The notes under the pieces are model-generated. The model saw only the letters and a list, made by a program, of their open reading frames with translations. It did not search any database and was not told where the DNA came from. A stretch of 61,886 nucleotides of DNA, the filler included, from Chiloscyllium plagiosum (lineage: Eukaryota): the NCBI RefSeq assembly GCF_004010195.1. It is 6 parts of one record of this genome, joined end to end, with 100 filler letters (N's around TTAATTAATTAA, not from the genome) between each part and the next. Parts side by side here need not be neighbours in the genome. Positions count along the whole stretch, not along the records: positions 12,643 to 33,219 come from NC_057711.1; 5 more parts are not named here. One strand, written 5' to 3'. The position numbers were made by a program, and so were the translations under genes. This document shows positions 12,814 through 25,732 of this stretch, one piece after another. Positions within the stretch are counted from its first letter, which is position 1, and each line of letters opens with the position of its first letter.

Positions 12814-13414
12814 CTCCTGTTCTTTGGATGCTGCCTGACCTGCTGCGCTTTTCCAGCAACACATTTTCAATTCATGAAGATAGTTCACTACCACCTACTT
12901 ATGGGCTATTAGAAGTGGACAATAAATTGCTTTGTACTTTGGAGATCTGCAGAGATGAAATTAGTTTTTATGTATGAAAAGGATTGTTATTCTGAGCTAG
13001 AAATTGCAAACAGATTTGTGGCAGTATAAAGCCTAAACTTTGCTGAAAAACAAGACATGCTGTTGAAGCTTTCTGTTTTGCGTTCATCAGAACAGAGGTA
13101 ATAAAGCCATAGTTCAAAGGAAGCAACAATTTATACTGTATGAGAAAAGGTACTGCTTGGTTGCCAAATTGACTGTGACTAGTCGTGACCGTGTGATGAA
13201 GAATGCACAGGAAAATATTGTTCCTTAAGCTTTTGTTCAATTCATGTTAATTCAGGTGCCAGATATGTAGGCTTAAATGTCACAATGGCTGCTGGATTGT
13301 GCTAAGAATTAGGCTATTAACCAATTTAGTTTGCTGTCTAATCATATCTTGGTTGTTGATAGGAATGTTAGAAACAATGTCTAACTAAGTTGAACTGATA
13401 TTTTGTAGTTTTTG

Positions 13415-14074
13415 TGTTAAGAAAGGGAGAGATGGTGACAGTTCCATTTTTCAGAGAGTTGCTATTATGTGTTGTTACTACTGAGTTTGGAGGTCTGTTT
13501 GATTTACAACGCCTGTGGTGCAGAAATGGGGGTTGGAATCTAAGTGCATTGAAAAGAACGGTTGCCTGGTGACGGGGGTCAGGGACACAGAGAGACAGAA
13601 AAATCTGGATGCCTCTCAATCAGCCAGTGTGCGTTGGTGTGCCAAAGAAAGATTGCTAGAACCTGAGTTGAAGGAAATCATGTATTTGCTGTGAAGTTAA
13701 AGAAATAGTGAGTTTGGTTTGTTGTTTTCTTGTTGTAGCTCAGATAGAGATACCGGTTGAAGAAAAAAAAGCAAGTGAACGTGCAGAAATTCACCAGCCT
13801 GTAGAAATAGAGATAATACTTTTCACTGGAATTTGTTTGTAAGAAATTTGCTAGAATAAAATGGATAGTGTGAAGTTGAATCCTTTTCTGATGTCTGTAA
13901 CAAAATTGCTTTTGTTTAGTATATAGTTCATGCTCCTTTTGTTTACGAAATGTATCATTCTTTTTTTATTAAAAGTATGCTGATAGGAGAGTACATCTCT
14001 CGAAAATTTCACACTCAACTTACATATATGCCTGGTAGTTGTTATTTGTGTAAAAACATAGTTAACCCTTTACA
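13415..14074. mobile_element. Possible solo LTR
   Basis: TGTTAAGAAAGGG ... CCCTTTACA imperfect inverted ends and LTR-like composition. No TSD verified. Confidence 0.3.
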
Positions 14075-14554
14075 CTACACCTTACCCCAAATTCACTTTT
14101 CTCATAAACTGTTAACCTCATGAACTATTTATGGTGTCCATCCAACTCAAAAGATGCACCTTCCCCATTCAATTCTCTTACACCTGAGCCATCAATCTCT
14201 AACTATATACTTAGTTCTCTTGGAGGACATCTGTGTACGTTCCCTGACTGTTTCCTTGGAACATTGGTCACGTGGGGTGGCAGCTGGCCCTTGGGCTGTG
14301 ACATTTATGATGACCTGAATGGAATACCAGTGAAGACCATCATTAAAATATTGATTAAAAAATGCAATCCTTCAGGACCCAGAGCAACATAACCTCTCGA
14401 AGTGGAAGACGATAGTGGAAATTCATATTTTTCTCTTCTTCTGCATTGCACATCAGAGGGAGGTTAAAGATTGGAAAAAAATATGAAGCACTCTCAGCTT
14501 CTAGTAAAAAACTTTATGCAATGTCAACCATGGCAACTGCAATGATGAAAGAGC

Positions 14555-14680
14555 TTATTACTCATCCCTACTTACCTTAGAGGGCAATTAAGAGTCAACC
14601 ATATTGCTATGAGTCTGGAATCACATGCATGCCAGACTAGATAAGGGCAGCTGATTTTCTTTTCTAAAGGACATTGCAGC
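14555..14680 (-). mobile_element. SINE/LINE tail fragment
   Basis: GAGGGCAATTAAGAGTCAACCATATTGCTATGAGTCTGGAATCACATG, recognised as a common shark SINE/LINE 3' end. Confidence 0.5.
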
Positions 14681-16180
14681 TATGTTATTTAATGGCTGAC
14701 ACAGAACCATCACAATTTGGTACATTGTCTCTGAATAGTTGTCTAATGGCTGCAGTTCAGAATAACTCCAGTCTCTTTGATTCTTGCATGACTAGGTGGC
14801 CTTATCATGATCCAAGTTTTAATGTTCTTTGACCAGAAATTCATTTTCTGTTGCATGAAGCAATAACATTTCCAAATCACTTGGTTGTTGGCAGCAATAC
14901 AAAAAAATGCAATTGTAACTGATTCAATCAGTACTGTGGCCCACACTGTCATGCAATGGAATTTTTAGTCTCATTACAACATATTAAAGCTGTGCTAGTA
15001 TCACTTGACCTCATTTCAGTAGCTATTTAAATCCTAGACCCCATAAAGCCACATTGGACGGTACAACAACTAGCATTTTTATAAGCGGAATACAATATAT
15101 TCATAATGTGCATGGTTGGGTTTCACTGCCACAAAGTGTGACACCATCTCTTAAAAGGAATTTGAATTAAAAGGTGTGCTAGTGTTTTAATCCAAAGTTA
15201 CATTATTTACATATCTACTTCCAGTCACTAGTTGTACTTTGAAAGTGAAAGTCAGTTTGTACATTTGCTTGAAATAAATGTGTTACCCTTAGTCAGGAAA
15301 TACACACAGTAAGAATAATTAATTGGGGTCATTCTGCAAGTTCTATTCAGAACTCACAATTCACAAGCATTGATTATTTTTGATTAGATATAATGGTTTC
15401 TGTTGAATCTGAAGGATAACTGAATTAAAATATGATTGTGTTCAATGTGTGAAAATTGGGAATGAGTCCATGGTTGTGAATTACTGAGGGATTTAAAAGC
15501 ATTCTTCAGTTTAAAAAGGCATATGTTAAGTATTTGCAAATTTAGGATAGGCAAATTTTGAGCTGTTTTCAAAGACTGGAGGAAATGCAGAGTAGCCAGG
15601 TGCTTTGATGGGACAGAAGAGATTATTTTTGAGTAAGTGAGCCTTATGAGATTATCACTATATTAGGATTTAGAGTCATAATGCTGAACCTTACTTTGTT
15701 TGACTTATTGTCAGTTTCATCAAAGTTCATGGAGCGTTTCTCTCAGGGAGTCCTAGGCAGTTCTTCTGCATCATTTTTCAAAATGTACTTCATCCATTAC
15801 CTCCCCTCCCCTTTGGCACCCATCTTTTTGATTTTATTTTATTTGCCCTTTTCTATCACTCACTGTAGCTTGGACAAATTGCCACTGCTGGGATATCCAA
15901 GAATGGAAGCATCTGTAGTGCTAATTGTGTCTTTAAAATGTCATTGTATATTTGAATAAGCATTGTTAGCCCAGAAATGCCCTGTGTTGTTTCTGACATT
16001 TTTTAATGGACATGCAGGTCAGGGGAAATTGTCACCTTGCTTTTGCAGGCAGTGACCTGGAGTCCGAGTGTACAGCATGATTCAGATGCTGGTGTCCTGT
16101 TCCCTGGATCAGCAGATGATGCCACAACACCAGACCATGCCATCCTAGTCCACGTTGTCACCTGGCTCAGTATAGTCCTA

Positions 16181-16389
16181 AGAGGAGAAAGTGAGGTCTG
16201 CAGATGCTGGAGATCAGAGCTGAAAATGTGTTGCTGGAACAGCGCAGCAGGTCAGGCAGCATCCAGGGAACAGGAGAATCGACGTTTCAGGCATAAGGTT
16301 CCTGAGGAAGGGCTTATGCCCGAAACGTCGATTCTCCTGTTCCCTGGATGCTGCCTGACCTGCTGCGCTGTTCCAGCAACACATTTTCA
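16181..16389. mobile_element. Miniature PLE fold-back unit (about 210 bp)
   Basis: Inverted arms meeting at about 16297. TSD GCTCAGTATAGT(C/T)CTA at 16165-16180 and 16390-16405. Confidence 0.9.
16298..16333 (+). ncRNA. Minimal hammerhead ribozyme, core intact
   Basis: CTGAGGA-A-GGGC-TTAT-GCCC-GAAAC-GTC. Confidence 0.75.
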
Positions 16390-16924
16390 GCTCAGTATAG
16401 TTCTAGCATTGTAATGACTGTCTCCAGCAGTGGAAGTATCATCACTTTCTCTCAATACCTCACACTCACTCTAATCTGCTACTGGAGCCCCTCTCAAGGC
16501 TGATTCTCTACCATTCTCAGTATTGTCTGCAAAATCTACCCTTACTCACTGTCATCCACCCCAAGACTACCCCAAGGCTGCATGCCCTCAGTGCTGCCTA
16601 TAAACCTGCTAAGGACAATTTCCCACCTGTCTCAAAATTAACAGCTGTGTCACCCACTTGTATCTTCTCTAATTCCTGCTTTTTCTCATTCCAGGAGGAA
16701 GACAGCTCATAGCACGTCAGAAAGAGCCCAGAGAGTTCGTGTTATGCCTCTCATTCCATAAAAGGAGAAGATCCTGACTTTCAGTGCCCCCAGCAGGGCC
16801 TTAATTCATATCAGAAGCTGTCCTTGGGTTTCTGTGGTGGGCCATCAGAGCCAAAGCTCTGAAGTCTCTGACTTCACTGAGGAACGCTGGCAGCAATAGC
16901 AAGTTTCCTTGCTTTGTGTCTGTG

Positions 16925-17455
16925 CTAAATATCTCTGGGACACATGCACTAAACAACCCCAACCCCCTGTGGCCGAACACTTTAACTCCCTCTCCTACAC
17001 CACCAAAGACATGCAAGTCCTGGGCTTCCTCAACTGCCAAATTCTAGCCACCTGACAGCTGAAGGAAGAATGCCTCATCTTCTGCCTTGGGACCCTCCAA
17101 CCACAAAGGATCAATATGGATTTCACCAGTTTCCTCATCTTCCCTCCCCCCACCTTATCCAGATCCAACCTTCCAACTCAGCACTTGTCCTACCTGTCCA
17201 TCTTCCTTCCCAGCTATACGCTCCACCCTCTTCTTTGGCCCATCACCTTCACCCCCACCCAACTACCTTCTCCACAACCCCACACTCCTCCCATTTATCT
17301 CTTAGCCCTCTTGGGCCACCCCCTCATTCCTGATAAACAGCTTATATTCGAAACATCAATTCTCCTGCTCCTCGGATGCTGCCTGACCACTGCGCTTTTC
17401 CAGCACCACACTTTTCAACTCTGATCTCCAACATCCGCAATCTCACTTTTTCCCA
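16925..17455 (+). mobile_element. Decayed PLE 3' end (GIY-YIG remnant + pLTR)
   Basis: PVAEHFNSLS..KDMQVLGFL remnant, a C-rich spacer, a decayed hammerhead at about 17328-17360, and the tail CTCTGATCTCCAACATCCGCAATCTCACTTT. Confidence 0.8.
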
Positions 17456-17799
17456 GTCTGTGCTATACGGCATGGCAAGACAGCAGTAATGTGAGATTGG
17501 TATTTCTGACTGAGAGGTTTAATTGCAAAAGACGAATAAAGAACAAAGAACTGTACAACACATGAACAGGCCTTTCAGCCCACCAAGAGTGCATTGAAAC
17601 ATAATGCCTCTCTAACGAGAAAACATTTGCTTCTATGCAGTCTGTATCTTTCTATATCCTCCCTATTCAAAAAGGCAAGGTAAGGAAAGCAATGAAATGC
17701 ATGGATGTTTAACTTATAACAGATAACCTTTTAAAACAATAATATTTCAAATTTGCAATGAATGTCTTTAACCTTTTAAAGTGTTCATCCAGAGGTAAT

Positions 17800-18495
17800 C
17801 CAAAGGTATACAGGCACATAATTCTTTGCAGTTTGCATCACATGTGGACAGGGTGATTAAGAAGGTATTTGGCATTCTTGCCTTATTGCTCAGTCCTTTG
17901 AATATAGGAGTTGGGAAGTCATATTGAGGTTGTACAGGACATTGGTGAAGCCTCTTCTGGAATGCTGTGTCAAGTACTGGTTGCTCAGTTGTAGGAAGGA
18001 TATTATTCAGATGGAGAGGGTTCAGAAGAGATTTACCAGAATGTTGCTAGGTATGGAAGGTTTGAGTTATAAAGAAAGGCTGGATACGCTGGGTTCTTTT
18101 TTCACTGGAGTGTATGAGGTTGAGAGGTGATCTTATAGAAATTTATAAAATAATGAGGGGTATAGGTTGGGTTAATGGTAGTTGTATTTTCCCTAGGATG
18201 GGGAATTGAAGATTAGGGACATATTTTTAAGGTGAGAGGAGAAGGATTTAAAAAAGATATGGAGGGACATTTTTTCCACAGAGGGTGGTTCTGGTATGGA
18301 ATGAATTTCTGAGGAAGTGGTGGATGTGGGTACAATGTTTAATGATATTTGAATTAGTACATGAATAGGAAAGGTTTGGATGGATAAGCCCCATGAGCAG
18401 ACAGGTGAGACTACTTTAGTTTGGGATTATGTTCATCATGGACTGGTTGGACCGAAATATATGTTTCTGTGCTGTATGACTCTGTGATTCAATGA
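17800..18495 (+). mobile_element. CR1 LINE 3' end
   Basis: ORF 17924-18130 LYRTLVKPLLECCVKYW...MERVQKRFTRML, followed by a CR1 tail. Confidence 0.85.
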
Positions 18496-18539
18496 GGTAG
18501 TGTTCAGACCAAAACCTAATGTTAGCATCCAGCTTGTTA

Positions 18540-19800
18540 AACAGGGTTACTTGTTTCATTATCTGAAGTTGAGACACGTTGCTTGGCAGATTCTGCAGAT
18601 TGATTTAGCTTCTTTCTATAGGGAAATGTAATATTCTATCTTCAATTTCCCAAAAGGTGATTATTTTTGGAAATTCACTGAAAAATTCATTTGAATGTTC
18701 TGTATCTGCAATTTCATCCACTTTACAGATTAATCTCAGTTTTTTTTATCCTTTTATTTAGTAGACCATTTTTTACTCAGAATAACATAATTTCATGATT
18801 TCTTTTATATTATACTGGAAGTTTGCCATGAGTTACTCTTAAATTTAATGTAGAGCATCTCATAAGTTCAAGTGTAAAGGTTAAATTTTATTTGTTTAAG
18901 CCATTTAGTTCATTGATAATACTGAAACACCACTGTAAACCGCTGAGGAATCCATCTACTTCCAGTTAATACTCCAATATTTGTTTTCAGAATACAGTAA
19001 TTTTCTCAATTTTCTTTTTCTCTGATTTTGTGGGTTTTTCAACCTCTGGATTTGTAGCATTGCTTCAAGAATGTTTCCAGTTGTTTCTATTTTGAAATGA
19101 CATGGACTATTATTTTCATAGATGTAGCACTGTGCTGACCCTGATAGATATTTTTACACGTGTGTCTGCGGTTTTTGCACAATTGCTCTAAATTGACATT
19201 TTCCATGTCACATCAGCTTCCTTTTGAACAACACTTTTATGTGCCACTTTTCTAATGTTAGGTCTTTTCTGGTTTGTAAAAGATCTGACAAAGTATTCAT
19301 CACCTGATATTTCAGTTGTAAATCAATTTTACCAATCCTTCATCAGTTAATTTCTTTGCCAGCCTATAAATATCATCAATAAATGAATCCATATTTTCCA
19401 ATGCTGTTTACTTCCTTCCATCAAACTTCAGCCATTCAATAAATATATTTAATTGAACTCTGAAATAAGCAGGTGATGTTGTATTCCCAACAATGTTAAT
19501 CTATCAACTGATTATTCTGACCTTTTTTATTTAATTCTGAAACAGTTTTGTACCTGATGAACTAATTTTTCCCATTCCTGGACCTGTTGCAGTCCCAGAA
19601 TTGTCTGGAATTTTTCTGGTGGATTGCCTTCAATGCTTTTCCTGACCTCTGGAGCTATTGCTGCATCTACTATTGTGTCTGTGCAACTCCCCACTTCTTC
19701 AGGTTGCTGGTCACTGTTGTTCAGTCTCCAAGTATGTTTTCCAGTATTCTGTTGTTCCTGCAATTTCCCCAACATTCTGCAGAATATTTGAACAATTTTA
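18540..19800 (-). mobile_element. Highly decayed Gypsy gag(-protease) relic
   Basis: Minus-strand fragments PPEKF..QEWEK, YFRVQLNIFIEWLKFDGRK*TALENMDSFIDDIYRLAK and TLSDLLQTRKDLTLEK are gag motifs. Confidence 0.6.
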
Positions 19801-21619
19801 ATCTACTCCTTTTAACCATGAGGTTACCTCAGTCACTGACTTTGACCTTTCTCTTTGTATTTTTTTGCTGCAACCATATTTTGTTGTGTGTTTGGAATTT
19901 AACTCTATTTAATCTTCCAAAGTAATGCTGATGGAGTCCATGGAATGTTCTGCACAAATTATTTTTTTACAGCTTGATCAATACATATGTTATCCTCATA
20001 ATACTTCACAGTTTTTATTCACTTCCAACTTACTGTACTTAATTATGTGACTCTGATGTTATAACATTATCACCATCATTATAAATTATTCCAATGTTAA
20101 TAGTTTATTGATGAAGACGGAATTTGATGGAGCTGTACAAAATCATGGGGGGTCTACACAGAGCATACATAGAAAATCTGTTCCTATTTCCTATTTTAGT
20201 AGTGTTCCCATGTGTCTGTTCTCTTGTCATTCTAGTATTCATGTGTTTGAAAGGTGTTGTCTAAGGGGCCTTGGAAAATTTCTGCAATGCTTCTTGCTGT
20301 TCTTTTTATCTCCTCAGATGCTGCCAGACCTGTTGAGATTCTCCAGAATTTTCTGTTAGGTTCCCAGAACAATAGATTGCATTTTTATTACTGCACTAAG
20401 ACAGATTCAATCAAAACCTTCAAAAGAAAACTGAATAATTATCCAAACAGAAAAATAAATACAGGACTTAGGGAAATGGTGGTGAGGTGGGACCGGGTAA
20501 GTGTTCTTATAGAGTGCCAGCACATAAATGATGAGCTGAATGGCTTCCTTCTGTAATGCAACCAGTTTATCATTACATAATAATAAAGACTATGGATTTC
20601 CGCAATCCATTCGGAGCAGGTTTCCTTGGAAAAAGGATAAATTTTAAGATTTAATAATGTGACTGATAACAAAACAGCAGCTCCCATTTGTGTTTCCACT
20701 GAAAATCTTGAAATTGACTCAGAAAGACGTCAGGTGCAAGTATTCTACAAAGACATTCCTACTGACAAGTCTTGGAGTCTATGCATATAACTGCTAAAGG
20801 ACAGTTAAAGTCCAATGAATCTGACAATAGTTGAGTGCAAGTATGGTGTTCATTTTAGGTCGACCATAAGATAAAGCAATTGTTTTGCTGAGACTGATGA
20901 AAGCATAGCAAAGGGCTTTTCCTGAGAGTTAATGCTCTTTAACTGCCACATTTAGTTTGTGGATCATATCAATCATAAAGCAAAGTAATTTATTATTTTC
21001 TTTTCACAGCACAGGCACATTCTTTGCTTCCATTTTGGTAACAGCAAATTAATGTGATTGCCCGTAGTGTTCTGGCAACATTTCTGACAGAAAAATGAAT
21101 GATAACATCATCTCACCCACAGGTAAAACCAGGAAACCAGGGTGATTGTATAATTTACAAATGGCTCGATTTGTTGTTTTGGAGTACTGAAGTTCACTAA
21201 TACATTTAGTATTCAGTTGTGAAAACCACTGGCTCAAACTCTCCCATGATGTGATTACAGTGCCCTGTCTATGAAATAAGCTGATGTGGAAATACAAAAC
21301 TAGATTTTATTTTGAAAAATATGGTCTAATCTAATTTCAAGCTTACACTTGAATTGATTTTTAATGTAACTCCTGTGTTTAATGTTTCAGAAGTAAAAAT
21401 TATTGAATTAAATTGGGGAATAACTGCAATAACTGGATTTCTCTGGAAAAGATATACTATTATTTTAATAATAGCATTTTAAGTTTAGATATTATTTATG
21501 GATTAAATCACAGGCTTAGATGAAGTGAATGTTTTATGTTAGGTTACATTTACTCATGCAACAGTGAAATTTGGCACAAAGATTCTAATAAAAGTTCATA
21601 AGCCCAGGGATATGATTGC

Positions 21620-21880
21620 ACACAAAAGTGACCAAACTATCAGAAAGATTTTTTTTTCACCCAGAGTGTGGTGGATATATGGAATGTGTTGCCTGAGAAG
21701 CTGGTGGAGGCAAGTATTCTCATCACATTTAAGAAGTATCTGGATGGGTATTAATATATCTAGGGCATAGTAGACTATGGACCAAGTGCAGGTAAATAGG
21801 ATTGGTATAGCTTGGTTTTTGCTAGTTAACATGGATAGGTGGGCTGAAGGGTCTGTTTCAATGATGTATGACTCTATATC
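21620..21880 (+). mobile_element. CR1 3' end fragment
   Basis: FFSPRVW..WNVLPEKLVEA-type end and tail GGGCTGAAGGGTCTGTTTC..TATGACTCTAT. Confidence 0.7.
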
Positions 21881-22034
21881 AGGGACTGAAGTGCCAGTTA
21901 TATGGACCTACTCACATGATTGCACGAATCAAGTGAAGTTGATGCTAACAGTTCAATGAGCCAGATACATGACCAATTGCAACACACTGGCTGAACTCCT
22001 GTTTGGCAAGAATGGGAAATTGTGATTGACTGAT

Positions 22035-24785
22035 ACTACTTCAAAGCCAAGAGCATCCAGAATAAGGTGAGTGAACTTGCAGCATGGGTTGGTACCTGGT
22101 ACTTCGATGTTGTGGCCATTTCAGAGACATGGATAGAGCAGGGACAGGAATGGTTGTTGAAGGTTCTGGGATTTAGATGTTTCAGTAAGAACAGAGAAGA
22201 TGGTAGAAGAGTGGGAGGTGTAGCATTGTTAGTCAAGGACAGTATTACAGTAGCTGAAAAAATGTTTCAGGGCTTGACTACTGAGGTAGTATGGTCTGAG
22301 GTTAGAAAGAGGAAAGAAGAGGTCCCCCTGTTGGGAGTTTTCTATAGGCCTCTGAATAGTTCGAGAGATGTAGGGAAAAGGATAGCAAAGATGATTCTGG
22401 ATAGGAGCAAAAGTAACAGGGTAGTTGGTACGGAGGGCTTTAATTTTCCAAATATTGACTGGAAATACTATAGTTTGCATACTTTAGATGGGTCAGTTTT
22501 TGTCCAATGTGTGCAGGAGCATTTCCTGACACAGTATGTAGACAGGCTGACAAGGGGCAAGGCCGCATTGGATTTGGAACTGGGTAATGAACCTGGCCAG
22601 GTGTTAGATTTGGAGGTAGGTGAGCACTTTGGTGATAGTGACCACAATTCGGTTATGGTCAAGTTATAGATGGGGAAAAGGCAATTATGATGCGATTTGG
22701 CAAGATTTAGGATGCGTAGGCTAGGGATAGGAACTGCAGGGGATGGGCACAATTAAAATGTGGAGCTTATTCAAGGAACAGGTACTCCGTGTCCTTGGTA
22801 CATATGTACCTGTCAGGCAGAGAGGAAGTGGTTGAGCAAGGGAATCATGGTTTACTAAAAAAGTTGAATCCTTTGTCAAGAGGAAGAAGGCTTATGCTAG
22901 GATGAGACGTGAAGGCTCAGTTAGGGTGCTTGAGAGTTACAAATTAAGAAGCATCGAAAGGGAGAGCTAAGAAGAGCCAGGAGGAGACATGAGAAGTCAT
23001 TGGCAGGTAGGATCAAGGAAAACCCTAAGGCTTTCTATAGTTATATCAGGAATAAAAAATTGACTAGAGTAAGATTAGGACCAATCAAGGATAGTAGTGG
23101 TAAGTTGTTTGTTGAGTCCTAGGAGATAGGGGAAGTTTTTTTTGCCAGTATTCACACTGGAAAAAGACAATGTTGTCAAGGAGAATACTGAGATACAGGC
23201 TACTAGACTAGATAGGATTGAGGTTCACAAGGAGGAGGTGTTAGCAATTATGGAAATTGTGAAAATAGATACGTCCCCTGGGCTGGATGGGCTTTATCTG
23301 AGGATTCTCTGGGAAGCCAGAGAGGAGATTGCAGAACTTTTGGATCTTTATGTTGTCATTGTCTACAGGAATAGTGCCAGAAGACTGGAGGATAGCAAAT
23401 GTTGTCCCCTTGTTCAAGACAGGGAGTAGAGACAACCCTGGTTATTACAGACCAGTGAGCCTTACTTCGGTTGTGGGTAAAGTGTTGGAAAAGTTTATAA
23501 GAGATAGAATTTATAATCATCTGGAGAGGAGTAAGTTGATTAAGGATAGTCAACATGGTTTTGTGAAGGGTAGGTCTTGACTCACAAACCTTATTAGGTT
23601 ATTTGAGAAGGTGACCAAATGTGGTGTATATGGATTTCAATAAGTTGTTAGATAAGGTTCCCCATGATAGGCTATTGCAGAAAATATGGAGGCATGGGAT
23701 TGAGGTGATTTAGTGGTTTGGATCAGAAATTGGCTCGCTGAAAAAACAGAGGGTGTGGTTGATGGAGAATGTTCATCCTGGAGTTCAGTTACGAGTGGTG
23801 TACTGCAAGAATCTCTTTTGGGCCTACTGCTGTTCATCATTTTCATAAATGACCTAGATGAGGGTATAGAAGGATGGGTTAGTAAATTTGCAGATGACAG
23901 TAAGGTTGGTGGAGTTGTAGATAGTACTGAAGGATGTTGCAGGTTACAGAGGACCATAGATAAGCTGTAGAGTTGGGTTGAGAGGTGGAAATGGAGTTTA
24001 ATGAGGAAAAGTGTGAAGTGATTCACTTTGGAAGGAACAACAGGATTAAAAAGTACTAGGCTAATGGTAAGATTCTTGGTAGTGTAGATGAGCAGAGACA
24101 TCTCGGTGTCCGTGTATATAGATCCCTAAAAGTTTCCACCCAGGTTGATAGGGTTGTTATGATGGCACACAGTGTGTTAGCTTTTGATGGTAGAGGGATT
24201 GTGTTTTGGAGCCATGAGGTCATGTTGCAGCTGTACAAAAGTCTGGCACGGCTGCACTTGGAGTATTGTGTACAGTTCTGGTCACAGCATTATTGAAGGA
24301 TGTGGAAGCTTTGGAAAGGGTTCAGAGGAGATTGACTAGGATGTTGCCTGGTATGGAGGGAAGGTCTTATGAGGAAAGGCTGAGGGACTTGAGAGGCTGT
24401 TTTTGTTAGAAACAGGAAGATTGAGAGGTGACTTAATTAAGACATATAAGACAACCAGAGGATAAGATAGGGTGGACAGTAAGATCCTTTTTCCTCGGAT
24501 GGTGATGACTAGCATAAGGGACAGAGCTTTAAATTGAGGGGTGATAGATCAAGGACACATGTCAGAGGTGGTTTTTTTACTCAGAGAGTAGTAGGGGCAT
24601 GGAGCGCCCTGCCTGCAGCAGTAGTAGACTCGCCAACTTTAAGGACACTTAAATGGTCATTGGACAAACATATGAATGAAAATGTGAAAGTGTAGATTAG
24701 ATGGGCTTCAGGTTGGTTCCACAGGTCAATGGAACATCGAGGGCTGAAGGGCCTTTACTGCGCTGCAACTTTCTATGTTCTATGT
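22035..24785 (+). mobile_element. CR1 LINE ORF2 (APE endonuclease + RT + tail), disrupted
   Basis: VVAISETW, GGVALLVK, FNFPNIDW, GDSDHN (endonuclease); YRPVSLTSVVGKVLE, KFADDSK (RT); tail (TTCTATG)n. Stops and frameshifts throughout. Confidence 0.9.
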
Positions 24786-25487
24786 ACTTAATGGCAGCCA
24801 GCGCATCTCATAGGAAAAGTACTCTCTGTCTGTGGACAGAAGCGAACCTATGTGAGAGGAGAAATGACTGTAAGAGGTCCAGGAGAGTATCCAGGTTCTT
24901 TGATGCAACATTGGAGGGCTTGTTGTAAGCAATAGACCAGGGGTCAGACATACTTGAAAATAATATTTAATTTTATTGGGAGTTTTTTTTTGACCACTGG
25001 TTAGATCTCTCAATTCCATTAAAAATAGATGGAGAATACTCAGACCACTTGTATCTTAAATTTTCAATTGTGGACCTATATTTGTCATTCAACATCAAGT
25101 TGCATATTAAAAAGAAACAAGCAGTTGATTTGGTTATTGTTCTAAATGCAGAGGTCAAAATGGTAATTCTTACAATGACAGAAAGAGGAGAGTAGGTAAC
25201 CCGAAACCATTTTCAGGTCATTATTGCCAGGCAGAAGAAAAAGTATCAGAGACGGATATCACCTATCCCAAATCAGTCATTAACCAAAGCTCAAGGAAAA
25301 CTCATATGATTGTCCAAAGATGTACAATAGGTCACAAGACTCATTATATTATAAAAAAGGCCAAAATATTACTACAAGATTAATTGGGTGGAAAAAATTA
25401 AGTACTAGGGACAGTCAGCCAAAAGTATAAAAACAGATAGGAAATGTTTCTTCAGATATTCGCAAAAATAGAGTTAATAAAGTAAGT

Positions 25488-25732
25488 CTAGATTAGAGTG
25501 GTGCTGGAAAAGCACAACAGATCAGGCAGCATCTGAGTATCAGGAAAATCGATGTTTCGGGCAAAAGCCCTTCCTCAGGAATGAGGTGATCAGGCCCTCA
25601 TTCCTGATGAAGGGCTTTTGCCCAAAATGTCAATTTTCCTGCTCCTCGGATGCTGCCTGACCTGCTGTGCTTTTCCAGCACCACTCCAATCTAGACTCTG
25701 ATCTCCAGCATCTGCAGTCCTCACGTTTGCCC
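25488..25732. mobile_element. Miniature PLE fold-back unit (about 245 bp) with two opposed hammerhead motifs
   Basis: Arms meet at a short loop at about 25587-25596. 14-bp TSD TTAATAAAGTAAGT at 25474-25487 and 25733-25746. Confidence 0.9.

Larger units (their letters stand above)
12291..12867. mobile_element. PLE fold-back unit (two inverted pLTR arms; centre in an assembly spacer)
   Basis: Inverted arms; 15-bp TSD CAATTCATGAAGATA at 12267-12281 and 12868-12882. Confidence 0.85.
11625..12925 (+). mobile_element. Old CR1/L2-type LINE 3' region interrupted by a PLE
   Basis: Similar to the minus-strand copy at about 34860-35700 (CTCCAACAACAC...GACACCATCCA; tail GGCTATTAG..GGACAATAAAT). Confidence 0.6.
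16010..16800 (+). mobile_element. Decayed PIF/Harbinger-like Myb/SANT gene remnant (two exons)
   Basis: Frameshifted reading GKLSPCFAGSDLES...GVLFP...QHQTMPS* resembles Myb_DNA-bind_5/NAIF1-type proteins. Acceptor TTTTTCTCATTCCAG at about 16693 is followed by (E)KTAHSTSERAQR. Confidence 0.5.

Noticed and set aside
15574..15632. Possible plus-strand micro-exon ending GA|GTAAGT
   Set aside because: Weak acceptor, no partner exons and no recognisable peptide.
16181..16389. MITE (DNA transposon) interpretation of the hairpin units
   Set aside because: The arms are PLE pLTR sequence, the ends are asymmetric and TSDs vary from 13 to 16 bp, unlike DNA transposons.
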